DNA of 38,398 nt from Perkinsus chesapeaki ATCC PRA-425 (lineage: Eukaryota; Protista; Perkinsozoa). The position numbers were made by a program, and so were the translations under genes. Positions 11,022 to 23,328 of the stretch are shown here, piece by piece (within the stretch, counting starts at the first letter, position 1; each line of letters opens with the position of its first letter). The stretch spans positions 1 through 38,398 of the forward strand of contig JAAPAO010000334.1 of assembly GCA_013115145.1 (NCBI GenBank). The letters are read 5' to 3'. A model generated the notes under the pieces. That model did no database searches and was not told the origin of the DNA. It worked only from the letters and a program-made list of their open reading frames with translations.

Positions 11022-14000
11022 GCGTTGCTACTACTTGCTACAAGAAGCGTCGTACTGTGTACTGCCAAGAACCGTCTAAATCCAAGCAAAGGATGTTTGC
11101 TTGGGGCTATGGTCTGATGGGTCAGCTCGGCCATGGTGACGGCAAGAACGTGACCATGCCAGTGTAAGAAGCTGGAGAGGATAGATAACTTTTCCGGAGA
11201 TCGGTAGCGCACTCTCATTTCTTAGTGTTAAATTAAAAATATATTAATGCGTAAGATAATATTTATATCACCAACGGTGTATCTAAAAGTCGTTCGGTGG
11301 CTTCCTTAAAACCTTATCGAGGTTCACTGGTCTTGAAAAATTGTATGTGTTCTAGAGCCACTTTAGATTTTGCCTGCTGAGGCTGAAGCACACTCTGCAG
11401 AAAATGAGTAATGACTGAGCCGGAGAATACACATGGTTGAGTATAATGTTGCTTTGACATTGTTTATTTTTCTTCAGACCGGTAGCCGGGATAGATGGGG
11501 ATCCGTGGCGTGTTGGGTGCGGATTGGCAAGCACCGCCGTTATTACAACTGATGGAAAGGTAAGAACGGTGGTGAAATTCTGTAGGGTTTAATTACTTGG
11601 GATCATTCCACGTATTTGACTACTTACAGAATTACTGAACGACCGATAGTTGATAAAATGATTTGTTATAATTGTTTAGTAAGGCTCTGAATTGTAAAAT
11701 AATTTGGTGAAATCTCTATGTAGAAGTGACGGCTTGTTAATTCTTTCAACTTGCCTTTTATTTATTATGCAGTTGTTTGCTCAGCTCTATACGTGGGGGT
11801 GCGGTCAAGATGGTCAGCTGGCCCATGGTACCGATAGCAGGTTTAATGCCTTGGTGCCAGCAAAAGCTGAAGGCCTTCCTGATAATAAAAAGGTTATGTA
11901 CGGACGGGCATGCAGTGAACTTATTAGCCTGACTGATCGCTCCGTGGAACCAAGGTTGAATCCTTTCCGATGATTCACACTCTATAAGCCTTCTTGTTAG
12001 AGCGTTTTAAGGACTTCACGCTTACCGAAACTCCACTCAGTTTTTACGGCTTATTTGCAGCTTAATTGTTCAGAGGCCGAATGTTAATGGTTTATTTGTT
12101 TCAGAGGCATCTCAATGGGAGAGTCTCATTCAGTAGCAGTTATGGAGGATGGTACGGTATGGGCGTGGGGTAAGAATAACTTAGGTCAATGTGGATGTGG
12201 AGTTCATCATAGGTAATAAGAGAAGAGCATTATAACATTACAGTGTATTGTATATCTTTCCTTTAGCATCTTTTCAAATTGATCATTGTGGGGGACCCAC
12301 GAAATTCGATTCGGTTTTGAAAATTATGTTGATTTTCGATTCTGCCACCCCGCCACCTTGACTATGTTGATCTATTTTCAGGTCGAATGATAACCTATTC
12401 ACAACTGGTAGAGAACTACCGAAGCCTTATCCGCCTGGTGAAGTAACTTTACCATCTGGGAAGGTAATAGCGACCATTGAAGTGGAATAGGAATAATAAA
12501 TCTTCAATATGTGCATACAAAAGGAACGCTTCCTATATTTCCTTCGTTCAATAGTTTTCGCAGAAGTTTGATGGAAAAATTTCCGGGTAAATTTGACAGA
12601 ATTTTTCCCAGGAAATTTTTCAATGTATTTTTATGGATGTTTAGGCATGCAATGTGCTTTGTAGTAGAGGTCTTTTGCTAGCGCATTTTTGTTGTAATTC
12701 GGTTTTTCTATCAGAAAGTCTTGAGTACAGCTTCAGGCAGTAACCATACAGTAGCTGTATGTTCTGACGGCTCCCTACTAGTATGGGGTTCTGGTTGGGA
12801 TGGTCAGCTTGGTACTGGCAACAGAAGAGATGTATTCGTACCAATTCAACCGGACCAAGGGGAAATGACCGATGAAAATAATGTAATAAGAACGGATCGG
12901 TTAATAGTGATGAGCGCTGGTCAATGATGTAGGGAGAGGAATGGTTGATAGAGATAAGCATGTCGTATAGTAACCATTAGTTTCGGGCTCAAAGTCCGAA
13001 CAGTGCCATCGAAAATCAGGCGGCGATTTGTCAGGGTTGGTGAAGGATTACCTCTCGGTGGCTAAACGACTGGTTCGTCTATCGCCGAAAAAAATCAGTT
13101 TTATGAGCTTCGCTGGGTTTGTAGCTACTTGTGTCAGGCCATCGGTGTCTCATGCGGACAGGACTTCTCAGCAGTGGTGACGTCAGACGGAGCATTATAC
13201 ACATTTGGATCGAATCAATATGGCCAATTGGGAGTTGGTGATGGATGTAGTATGAAAGGGAAATTGTTGGATGTATAGTCAGTTCTTGGGCAATTTGCTG
13301 AGTCGTCAAATTGGAGGGTTGGCTATTTGTGAAGTGAAATGAATTTCGTGACGAAAAGTGCTAACGCATTGTAGACTGTTATATACACTATTTATTAACG
13401 TACAGTACATATTGTGTGGGACTTCCACGCGCCGGTTTTTTGTCAATAATTATGAAACGGTTGATCGATTCACATGCACTTTTACACCCTGTGTTTTAGT
13501 ACTGTACTTTTCAACCTTGTATTATATAGATTGGTAATAGACACTGACAGTTTAATATATAGGATTGGATATATAAAATGAACCTACTGTGAATTACAGC
13601 TCGTCTCGTTTCTTCAAACACGTTTAATATAAAAGTGCTGAGAGGGGAATAAGCAGTTCGTTTTCTGGTTCCTAAGTTACAGGGATCCTCCCAGTGAAGT
13701 TAGATAATTCATGTGGGATAGGAGATTAGTGACATCTCCTCTGTTTTATTATAGTGACATCTCCTCTGTTTTATTATAGTGACATCTCCTCTGTTTTATT
13801 ATAGTGACATCTCCTCTGTTTTATTATAGTGACATCTCCTCTGTTTTATTATAGTGACATCTCCTCTGTTTTATTATAGTGACATCNNNNNNNNNNNNNN
13901 NNNNNNNNNNNNNNNNNNNNNNNNNNNNNNNNNNNNNNNNNNNNNNNNNNNNNNNNNNNNNNNNNNNNNNNNNNNNNNNNNCCTCTGTTTTATTATAGTG

Positions 14001-16377
14001 ACATCTCCTCTGTTTTATTATAGTGACATCTCCTCTGTTTTATTATAGTGATATTGTTCATTGCTTTATATTAGTCTTTGCAGGTTTACGGTCGTCGACC
14101 CCATTGCGCGTGCGTGGCCCTTTGGAGGAGAGAAAGATCGTTAAAGCTGCGTGTGGTGGATCACATATGGCAGCAATAACTGATGAGGGCGAGCTTTATA
14201 CTTGGGGGTAATACGGTGGAAATCATTTAGTATATCATCGATTGATTTATAGTCACCGATTTAGAAGTTGTTAATTGTTATTTGCCAAATATGATTGGAT
14301 TTAGAATGTTCTCCTGTTACAGGAGTCCTGTACATGCTTTGGTGTTGTTTGACCTTTTATTATATAAACTGACTTTTCGAATGGTTTCAACAAATCACCA
14401 CAGACTTATTGGCGTCGTCAGCTCAGGGACTCAGACCACTGATCTGAATTGCACCAATGCCCAATAGTTAGCAATGAACCATTCGATTAAAATTTTTTTA
14501 CATCGAAACTTCGTCCGGTTTGCTTTCCCTGATTTATTGGAAAATGATTCTCAGAATTTAACGTGGTATTTCACGCTCTCCGTTTCGGAGACAAGTCTTT
14601 GTATTTCCTGTCGTTGTACTGGATAATATAACCAAGCATATAATATAAAGATGTCGGTCAGTGATTTCGGTATTGCTGCTGGCAGGTTGACAGGGAGGAT
14701 TTTCCTATCGAAAGTGTTAGGTATGAATTTGAGTAGTGCTGTCTCCTTTTGTGTCGCACTGTGTACTTCGGTGATTATATACCATCGCTTCCTCCATTAT
14801 GGAGACTTCTTCCCCACGGCAGGTATGGTCGTGATGGCAACCTGGGCCACGGTGACAAAGCTGACGTTGGTGTACCTAAATTGGTTGAGACCCTAGCAGG
14901 CAAGAAGATAGTTGACGTTGCTGCCGGCGGTGGGCATACCATGGCCCTGGATGATAAGGGAGTCCTGTAATGATAAGGAGGATGCTGTGTTGTGGAGGAG
15001 AATTTCTATTAGTGTCTCTTTGGAAAATCGTTTTCTGCGTGGAAAACGTTACGTAGTAATTGCCACTGATATTATTTTTATCCCTAATTATTTCACTACT
15101 GAATCTTGTAGCTTGAATTCGACTGTTGTTTGAAGGTTACGTTGTATTTTACATATTATGTGCTGTGAGCTGCGGGGCTCCCTCACCACTATACGCTACG
15201 TAGGGCCGAAGAGCGTGTTTTTGGCCGTTTGGTATTTCCCGTATTTTCCTGAGCGGCTGTAGATGCAGCCAGCGACGTGAAAAGTTTCCCACACTTGACC
15301 TGATATGTCTAAGTACACTACGTCTGACTTGGTCTTCTCCAACACTAAATAATAGTTACCACAAATTTCCAATATATATTACGTTATTGGTATTTATTTT
15401 AATGTTTTCATCCGGATTGGTATGGCCAGCTGAACCGTATCGCTGTGGTTGAGAAAAACAGTCCTACAACGCTCAAGACAATCTTTGATCCCTGTACGTT
15501 ATAATAAGGAATGGTTTTTAGAATCAATTCATTTTAATCAACGTTGTGCAATTGGTTTTCAGTTATTCAGCAGTAGTAGTTTAACAATAAGATGTATGTG
15601 CTCACTTTTTAACTAGTAACTATTAAACATAGTGATATAGTTGGCTGAATGATATTAGTAAAAACACCTTCACAGGGATAATCCCTGAGGGATTAGGTGG
15701 ATGCTCGGCTGAGATAATTTCTGATACGCTGTCCCCTTATTGGCACTGAAATGAAGCACCTTTGTGTCATTTCAGTTATGTATTTGGCAGAGGAAGGGAC
15801 GGACAATTAGGCCGAGGAGATAATATAGAGTCGGTTGCAGCCTACCGAACGTTACCAGTTGTTGTTGATTACTTCGGCGCTAATAAACTGAGAGTCACGG
15901 TAATATAAAGGGAACTACGTAGGGCGAGATGGTATGATAGAAAAAAATATCATGTATATGTCTTGTATGTCCTTTGTATAAGTCTTTATCTTTTTTATGA
16001 AAAGTCATAAAGCGTATCTTTGAAGACACTGTGATTTTCTAGAGGATTAGTGTGAGGTACGGAGGAGAATAGTCACCATCTTCAACAGTCTTTGGTGTCA
16101 TTTCATTTAACTCATCTCATCCATATGTGACTACACGTTGACCGAAAACCGCAATCAATCCAATAGGACCTCGCTTTTGCCAGCACACAGAGGTAGTTTG
16201 CCAACTGAGTTAGAAATGTACCGACTCTGTTTCGAGATTTACCTTTTTCAATTTGTGGTATTTGTAACTGTAGGGTTGTTTTTGGTGTTCATTAAATCCA
16301 TTGATTTATTACATATTTTCCCATTTCAGGCCATTGCGTGCGGTAATGACTATTCAGTTGCTCTAGCAACAGCCTAG
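11022..16377 (+). CDS. RCC1-repeat beta-propeller protein, about 11 exons; start uncertain (ATG at 11093 or an upstream exon)
   Basis: Spliced exons give repeated RCC1 motifs: FAWGYGLMGQLGHG, LYTWGCGQDGQLAHG, SMGESHS...VWAWGKNNLGQCG, ASGSNHT...LVWGSGWDGQLGTG, SCGQDFS...YTFGSNQYGQLG, ACGGSHM...LYTWGYGRDGNLGHG, AAGGGHT...YVFGRGRDGQLGRG and IACGNDYSVAL*. Confidence 0.9.
13727..14052. repeat. Intronic minisatellite, 25-nt unit AGTGACATCTCCTCTGTTTTATTAT, spanning N gap 13887-13981
   Basis: Read directly from the sequence. Confidence 0.95.
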
Positions 16378-16813
16378 GTTTAAGAGTGTTATGACCAGTA
16401 GGTCATGTTACACAGTTTCAGTGATAGTGGCTATAAAGCACCAGTAGTAGTTACTTCAATAATAATAGTTTCATTAACAAATAAACTGGTCTTCTGTTTT
16501 CAATGTGTACTTGTCAGAGTCGCGACATAGTCGATCGAACTGTACAGCATGATTTGGTTGATTTAATAGGAATAATAAATATATAATTATATTTTATCTA
16601 CGTACTGTGATGAAGATATTATTGAATTGTAATAAGATAGAAATGATATATTCTATAATTAATATTACTGCTCTCTTCTTGATAAGAATCTTACGTGACA
16701 AAGGATCAGCTCCTCCAAAGCAAAGATATGCATATAACTGTTTGAATACTTAACGTCTGGCGGTGTGATATGATCTACTATAACCCTAAGAGGGCTCGTT
16801 TTGTTGTTTTGTT

Positions 16814-17572
16814 ATGCCGGCAGATTCCCCTCAGAAAAGCAAGTCGTCAGAGGGCATGGGTGATGTTCCCTATAGGGTGCCCATGTCGAGGGATTTGGAG
16901 GGTTCGGTGTACTCCGATCCACCGGTCATCTGGACAAGAATTATGCCAATCAAAGATGATACTTTTACGTGGGGTAAGAAAAGAATATTGAGGGTGCGCT
17001 CTTCTTCTTAAGCATTGAGTGAAAATGGTGATGGTCGTAGTTATTTGATCGACTTACAAATAATTTGTCGGATGGTTTGTAGCTGGTAACGATTCTGTAA
17101 GGCTCGCTAAGCGACCAGACATATATCGTCCAGCTATGCAACTCACAAGTGTCACTTGCTGAATCGAATCACCGTCAGACCTGGTAGAAAGGTGATAGCA
17201 GAGTATAGAGAAGTGCAAACTGCCTACCCGTTACTACGGGTATCTTGCTTCATCGCACTGTGTAGATTTCCGACTATCAATATCTTTGTCAGCAAGATAT
17301 TTATATTTTTCTATTCAGAGCAAATATATAAAGGTGAAGCCTCGCCGCCGGTATCTGAGCAGCTTCCACAAGATCTGGATGGTCATCCCTTCCAAGGCTC
17401 AACCTACATTCCCCTCGAGCCGGGTTGTATGGTGTATCTTCATCCACGAGGGGACAGAGGACTCCGATTTGGTGGTCGATACAGACCGTGGGCACTGATG
17501 GTGAAGCCAAGTACGGCACCGAGTCCAATGGGAAACAGTTATGAGCATTCTTATCACGATGGTTTCAATTGA
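16814..17572 (+). CDS. Hypothetical protein, about 137 aa, two exons (16814-16973 and 17319-17572)
   Basis: The phase-1 donor TGGG|gtaag joins the acceptor ttcag|AG in frame, giving ...KDDTFTWEQIYKGE...HDGFN*. No family recognised. Confidence 0.55.
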
Positions 17573-17706
17573 TTTATCAAATTCATTGAGTTGTAATGTC
17601 CAAAGATTTCCAAAGTAACTGTGACGGTTGTTGCGGCTGCAAAAACATTTTAAAGTGGGGGCATCCAGAGTGTTTGGAAAAGCAACTGTTTCTGGTTGTA
17701 TTTGAG

Positions 17707-18454
17707 ATGTTATTCAATAAAGCTATGGGTTTGATAGCAGCAGCGGCCACTGTGGCATCCTTCGCTTACTGGTTCAATTTCCTCCTCAACGATCCTTTCC
17801 ATCTTGGTTGGAAGACCATGGATTCACGTCACGTCACATTTGGTCATTGCCAACAGTTCGGCTTATCGGTCGCGTTGAGCGACGTTCTGGCGTTGCTGCC
17901 CTTCTTTGCTAGTCACAGTTTGCTGGCACGGAGGAGTGTTAAGAAGGCTATTGGGGTGTTTGATGAACCTTATGAACAATCGGTTTACTTTGGCGTCAGC
18001 TCACTAACATTGGCGATGTCGGTTTACTTGTGGTGTCCTGTAAGCGACTGTTCTTCCTTTAACATGACTGATGTGAGCCTATTAAAAGGCGTTCTGTGGT
18101 TTGGGTTATCTATAATAGGCATGGTCCTCACTACCGCATCCAGCGCGACAGTCATTTCCTTACTGGGAAAGAAACGACAGAAGAAGCTTGTGAAGACGTT
18201 CCCGTACAGTATCGTGAGGCATCCAGGTCAACTTGGATTTCTGCTACTATTCTGGTCAATCCCAGCATACACTCCGAACCACTTGTTCCTGGGGCTGTTA
18301 TGAACTGTATTCCCTATCGGCGGTCGTGTTGCTCGAGGAGGCTGATCTTCGAGATCCTATTGTTGGTTTCGGCAAGGAGTACGATAAATACGCTGAAGAA
18401 GTGAATGCATTCATTCCAAGTCGCCGTGCATTAGGGTGTGTTTTCTGCCGTTAG
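17707..18454 (+). pseudogene. Nurim/MddA-like (ICMT-superfamily) membrane methyltransferase, intronless, disrupted by TGA at 18301 and a frameshift near 18313
   Basis: Motifs FFASHSLLARRSVKK, YEQSVY, WCPV and FPYSIVRHP, with the C-terminal LLEEADL...GKEYDKYAEEVNAFIP in another frame; colinear with the intact neighbour. Confidence 0.75.
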
Positions 18455-18973
18455 TTCTCTTGTACGTACATTTGCCTCTCAAACCCTCCTATTGTGTTAT
18501 GAAGTGCCAATACGATTGTCTCTTGGTGATGCATTTATACCTTGGCATTTGATGCCTGGCATCGAGTTGTCTGCGAAATGGCCGAGTTCGGGTCTTGTTT
18601 CTCTTCACTGACCCATATTCCTTTCCTGAGGAGGTAAGAATGATCTTGCCACTTTGATCTCCGAAGATGATATCTTTCTCACTGTCTTCCGTAATCCGAG
18701 CTCTCCCTCCCAATTGGCCTATATCTAAAAAGGTAATTATTCGTACGATATATGAATATATATATTTTGATAGATCAATAATACCAATATCAGTAGATTC
18801 ACACTAATGCCTAATTTACAATATACAGTAGATACTTGTTATTATAATTGGTTCCTGGTTGCGATTTGAATTCAGCGCTGATGCTGGGCACATTTCCAAT
18901 TTCGACGACCGGCCTTCTATGATGAGCTGATATTGTTTTTCGCTTGCCATTTTACAACTAGTGTTTTTCAGTA

Positions 18974-19768
18974 ATGGCTTTCAACTTTACAGCGTATCTC
19001 CTGTCTCGTGTTGCCTTCGCTGGTACCATATTGGTATTCCCCTACTGGCTTAACTTCATGCTTAACGATCCCCTTCAATTGGGCTGGAACACTATAGACT
19101 CTGGCGATGTGTTGCCTGAAGGAACATGTGTTATTTTCGATCCTCATTCTCTGTACAACAATCTGCTAGCCTTCTTCATATTCGCTGTGCCTCATAGTGT
19201 TCTTGCAAGGCAAAGTGTGAAGAAGATTTTGCGCATCGCCGACAAGCCGTATGAAAGGCCGCTCTTTGCCTTCATCAGCCCTGTAACATTCTTCCTAACA
19301 TTTTACTATTGGCAACCGATAAGCAACTGTAGCAGATTTGATATCAGCACCTTATCATGTGGTGCCATCATGGTATCAACTACGATAAGTTTGATAGCAG
19401 TTATATACATCCTGGGCGTAATGTTTACACTACCTGACCACATATTTGGGACTGAGCGCTACAAGCTTAAAAGTGGGGAAACGCAGAAGGGAAAGTTGAT
19501 AACTACCTTTCCGTACAACCTGGTGCGCCATCCAGCCGGCGCTGGATTCCTTTGGCTGTTCTGGAGTTTTCCTTCTTATAATGTGAATCACATTATAATT
19601 AGTAGTATGTGGACACTCTATGTTGTTCCTGCTACGCTGTTACTTGAAGAAAACAGTCTGCGAGGCCCCAATGGTGAATTTGGGCCCGCTTATGATCGAT
19701 ACGCTGAAGATGTGGCTGCTTTTTTACCTGGTAAATGTGTTTTTAGAGCTTTTTTTGGAAAGAAGTGA
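18974..19768 (+). CDS. Nurim/MddA-like membrane methyltransferase, intronless, 264 aa
   Basis: FAVPHSVLARQSVKK, YERPLF, YWQPI, FPYNLVRHP and LEE...G..YDRYAEDVAAFLP match the nurim/methanethiol S-methyltransferase pattern; multiple transmembrane segments. Confidence 0.8.
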   Translation: MAFNFTAYLLSRVAFAGTILVFPYWLNFMLNDPLQLGWNTIDSGDVLPEGTCVIFDPHSLYNNLLAFFIFAVPHSVLARQSVKKILRIADKPYERPLFAFISPVTFFLTFYYWQPISNCSRFDISTLSCGAIMVSTTISLIAVIYILGVMFTLPDHIFGTERYKLKSGETQKGKLITTFPYNLVRHPAGAGFLWLFWSFPSYNVNHIIISSMWTLYVVPATLLLEENSLRGPNGEFGPAYDRYAEDVAAFLPGKCVFRAFFGKK

Positions 19769-20548
19769 CGTTGTGCGGTTGGTTGTTCAGGAAGCATCCT
19801 CATAAGTATGTCGGTTAATTTGTTTCGAGGTAGCCAGCATGAATCTTCCGTATATGATCCAGCCTGCTTTTTCATTGTCATTCTGCACTCTCCTTTCGTT
19901 ATCAATTTCTCCATTATGAGTAAACTTGTGTTGCCTAATTTATCGCTAGTTCGAGAATGGCGAATCGGAACAAGAAAGGCCCCAGAGCTCTCGCCAGCAT
20001 CCGGATTACGGACGGGGCAGCACACATTAGAGGCAAATAAGATTGGCGTAGTGATGGCATTGTTTGATATTCCACAAAACCTGTCCCCTAGTGATTGTTG
20101 CTTCGGTTCATTAGTTTTATTATTCCAATTGACAGTACATATTTTTGTGTTACAAGTAACCAGTTGGTTAGTGTGGGATAGGTTATTCCTGAAATGGTCG
20201 GGTTTGACACGTATTGTACTGTTGCGATTGGCCTGACGTAATGACGTCTACTTGGAAGATAATAACAACCTGAGTATTACCACTCATGAACACGACGAGC
20301 AATAGAATGAAGATAAGAAAGTATGGGGAGTGTGTGAGCGACGGTATACATACCAACACCGCAATAATCACTTCCCTCGGTATAATAAATAGAGAATAAG
20401 TGAACAATCTACATAGTGATAATTCATCTGCATCTGCCTCTGACTAGCGGTAATGAACAGAAGGATTATGAACCCTTCAACAGTTCCTGGAACTGAGTTA
20501 CACTTGACAGATGAGGAGTCAACGTATTTGACGCCATGACATTCTTTC

Positions 20549-21216
20549 TTAACGTATGCCCATATTATAAAGACATATATCACCATGCATCGTACTATGG
20601 CAATTTACATTACCCCAGCAATGTTTGACATAACTCTGAAACAACATGAACGCTTGGTGGTCAAGAGCCTCACCATATCGCATTTGAGAACACAACGTCC
20701 ACGGTCACACTTCGTATATTTTCCAGGCCACTCAGTGTTGGTAGGGCAGTCTTTGTTTTCATTACATTGAGGGAGGCACATGCCACCGTCAATTCTTCCC
20801 TCATACTGAACAGCATGCCATCAAGCAACATAGTGATTCATTACAAGAGACATGAATGGTTTTTCATCATTCCTCATGCAATGACAGTCAGAAAACTGTT
20901 GCCCATCCTAAGTACAACTTCCAGCGGGCTCGTCATATGGACCTGAACCAGGCGCTCAGTCAATTTAGGCAAATTGATGTATAAACAGCCCTCGAGTTCG
21001 AATAGCGATAAGATAACCCTTGGTAATGGTTAGTACGCATCGTTACCAGTGTCAAGCCTCCTGCTGTTGTTGCTGGTACTTCCAGCTCTGATGAAACTGA
21101 GCAGACAGGTTCACACTTTACATAACTACTGATGGAGGTGCTTACTTCTGGGCAAATACCGAACCATCCTTGGAGAAAGCCGACAAGGTGAAGAGAATGA
21201 CTTCGATAGATCTCAT
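20549..21216 (-). pseudogene. 5-exon secreted Cys-rich protein gene (about 145 codons) with a single in-frame TAG at 20908-20910
   Basis: Four GT-AG introns splice in frame to MRSIEVILFTLSAFSKDGSVFAQNFIRAG...GPYDEPAGSCT*DGQQFSDCHC...GGMCLPQCNENKDCP...KCDRGRCVLKCDMSYVKHCWGNVNCH...DICLYNMGIR*. Confidence 0.7.
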
Positions 21217-22581
21217 TGATGGCAAGTTCGAGAGCTACCTTGGCAGAGTTACTGACCACCCTCCAATTTCTTACACTAGCGGTGAGACTCATAACATATT
21301 ATGGGGGGCACCGAGCTACCCTCGACTGAGCGAAACATGGAGAGTTGCGACACGCCGTTGGATCACTACGACCTTGGGGGTTGTCGTCGAAGCTTTCTGC
21401 TTCTACCTCCATTAGCGATCCGTCGGTCCTCGCAACTCGCCCATTGTTTCTAGCGGTTCTGGCGGATACGTTGAGGAGATTTTACAGTACGATACACGCA
21501 GTGTGTCGAAGTAAATTCGGGGAGTATCCGGGCGGGCCCTAGTGGCCCGGTAGCTGTACGCCATATCGATGTGACGCGACGGGAGGCTGTACGCAACCTA
21601 CTCTAGGAGGCTTGCCAGCCAGGCTGCTCTGCTGGGTCGCTCCAGGGTCGCCTCGCGACAGTTTTTCTTGGCATCAAAAGGCTGAAACACGTATTCCAAT
21701 TTGGAATTCGCAGTTCAACGTTCCGTACCCAGTCGGTAATAAATACGTACACTCAGCGCGTCGCGACTCTTGCTTCAACATGCCATCCTTACGGATTCGT
21801 CGTTGGATGACCTAAGGAGCGATGTGCACACAGGGGCGAGTAGAGACTAGCTCTAAAGCTGATGTTGATGGGGAATGTACTCAATGGCAGGAGTTGTTGG
21901 GCGATACCAAAATCGCTCATTTATTGGAATTAACGGCCGCTAAGATGCACTAAGAACTATAGGCCTTGCTGAATTTGGCTTCATGATGGAGTGGCTCGTC
22001 CTCATCACTGTCGCAGGCAGTCTTATCTCATATGCTAAGCATGTTATGCTTCAACTTTTGTTCCGTTGTTAGTTGTTCCCTCGTTCAGTACAATATGTAC
22101 TTGAAGTACGTATTGTACAGTACGTACATCAGATGTACAGTACATCTGAATGCCAGAGAGGTGACGCCGAGTTGTACGCGTGCCACAAAGTAGCGAGCTT
22201 CGACGCATAACCTTTACTGTATTTACTGTAGACCTGTAATGGGGGTCGTAACTGTTCATTACCAAGAGCTTGTGGATAGCTCCCGGTGGGTTGCCACCGC
22301 TCATATCGGCTTCATGGCTTATCATGTATTAGAGCACGTAGTAGGGATGAGTACCCGATTGGGGTTCTCGCACAGCACGTGTACCTTCCTGATCACTTAA
22401 GCGTGGGGCCCCTCCATAAGCTGTGTGGAGCTGGTGGAGCCTGATCAATTGTGCTTGATAGTCGAGCCCTGGCTTCCATTCTGGGCTGAGGGTTTTGACG
22501 ATCATGAGGTTTCTTCTTATCCTTAGTTTAACCAAATCTAACATTGAATTCTGTCGCCGTGGCAACAACACATCTTAGACA

Positions 22582-23328
22582 ATGCTGATGTCGAACAACC
22601 TTATTGGTACCGCCCTTCTCGTTGCCACTCTGTCCGTGGTCGCTACAATGAGTGAGTCTATGCCTAAATGGTGGCAAGACATTTATAGCTCTCTGGATTA
22701 CTTTCCTGTGGTGACCGAAGCTGACGGTTGTGAACTCAGTAAGAAGCTTAGTTCATGTCTCTATACCACTGAGACTCTCTTTGGTTCGGTCAACATGACG
22801 TTGACGAATCTGAGGATACACTCCTCAGACGGCAGCCGACCGGTTGTATCGGCCGGTTCTGTTTATAGGAAGGATGGGACGCATGATGTGTCAGCAATTA
22901 CAGGAAGGCTCTTCCTTACTGAAACATTCACTTCAAGTGGTGGAGAAAGATTCAATGTTACCTGGGAAGTGGATGCTACAGAACATCTGCTCTCTCCTGT
23001 TAAGGTCGGTGAGTTTTTAACATACTCGACCATTACAATCGATTCCTCTTTTGGCAAACATGTTGTCCAGTCTAAGCAGAGCACCATAATGGCTGGTCCA
23101 GCGTCTGCACTTTCAGTGCACGAGGCTCCACACTTTAGGAGCGCAAAGGATCCCGATGAGCAGATCGAGTACGTGCTAGAGTTATCCTTATATGTTTCTC
23201 ACGGTTATTTCTATTTTGGTGTAGCCGGGATAAACTTTGAAGCCTCGTGGAATAGCCCAAATGGACTTCGACGTGAAATGGCTTCCGGGAGTAAGGATAT
23301 CGCTCGCCTGTGGTATATTCGATCATGA
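22582..23328 (+). CDS. Hypothetical secreted protein, 248 aa, intronless
   Basis: Long open ORF with an N-terminal hydrophobic signal-like segment (LIGTALLVATLSVVA); no family recognised. Confidence 0.6.
   Translation: MLMSNNLIGTALLVATLSVVATMSESMPKWWQDIYSSLDYFPVVTEADGCELSKKLSSCLYTTETLFGSVNMTLTNLRIHSSDGSRPVVSAGSVYRKDGTHDVSAITGRLFLTETFTSSGGERFNVTWEVDATEHLLSPVKVGEFLTYSTITIDSSFGKHVVQSKQSTIMAGPASALSVHEAPHFRSAKDPDEQIEYVLELSLYVSHGYFYFGVAGINFEASWNSPNGLRREMASGSKDIARLWYIRS

Noticed and set aside
18301-20910. Stop-codon reassignment (TGA=Trp, TAG=sense)
   Set aside because: Only two in-frame stops, in genes that look dispensable, and one has an adjacent frameshift. Conserved genes have clean exons and end in TGA (6911, 9981) or TAG (16377).
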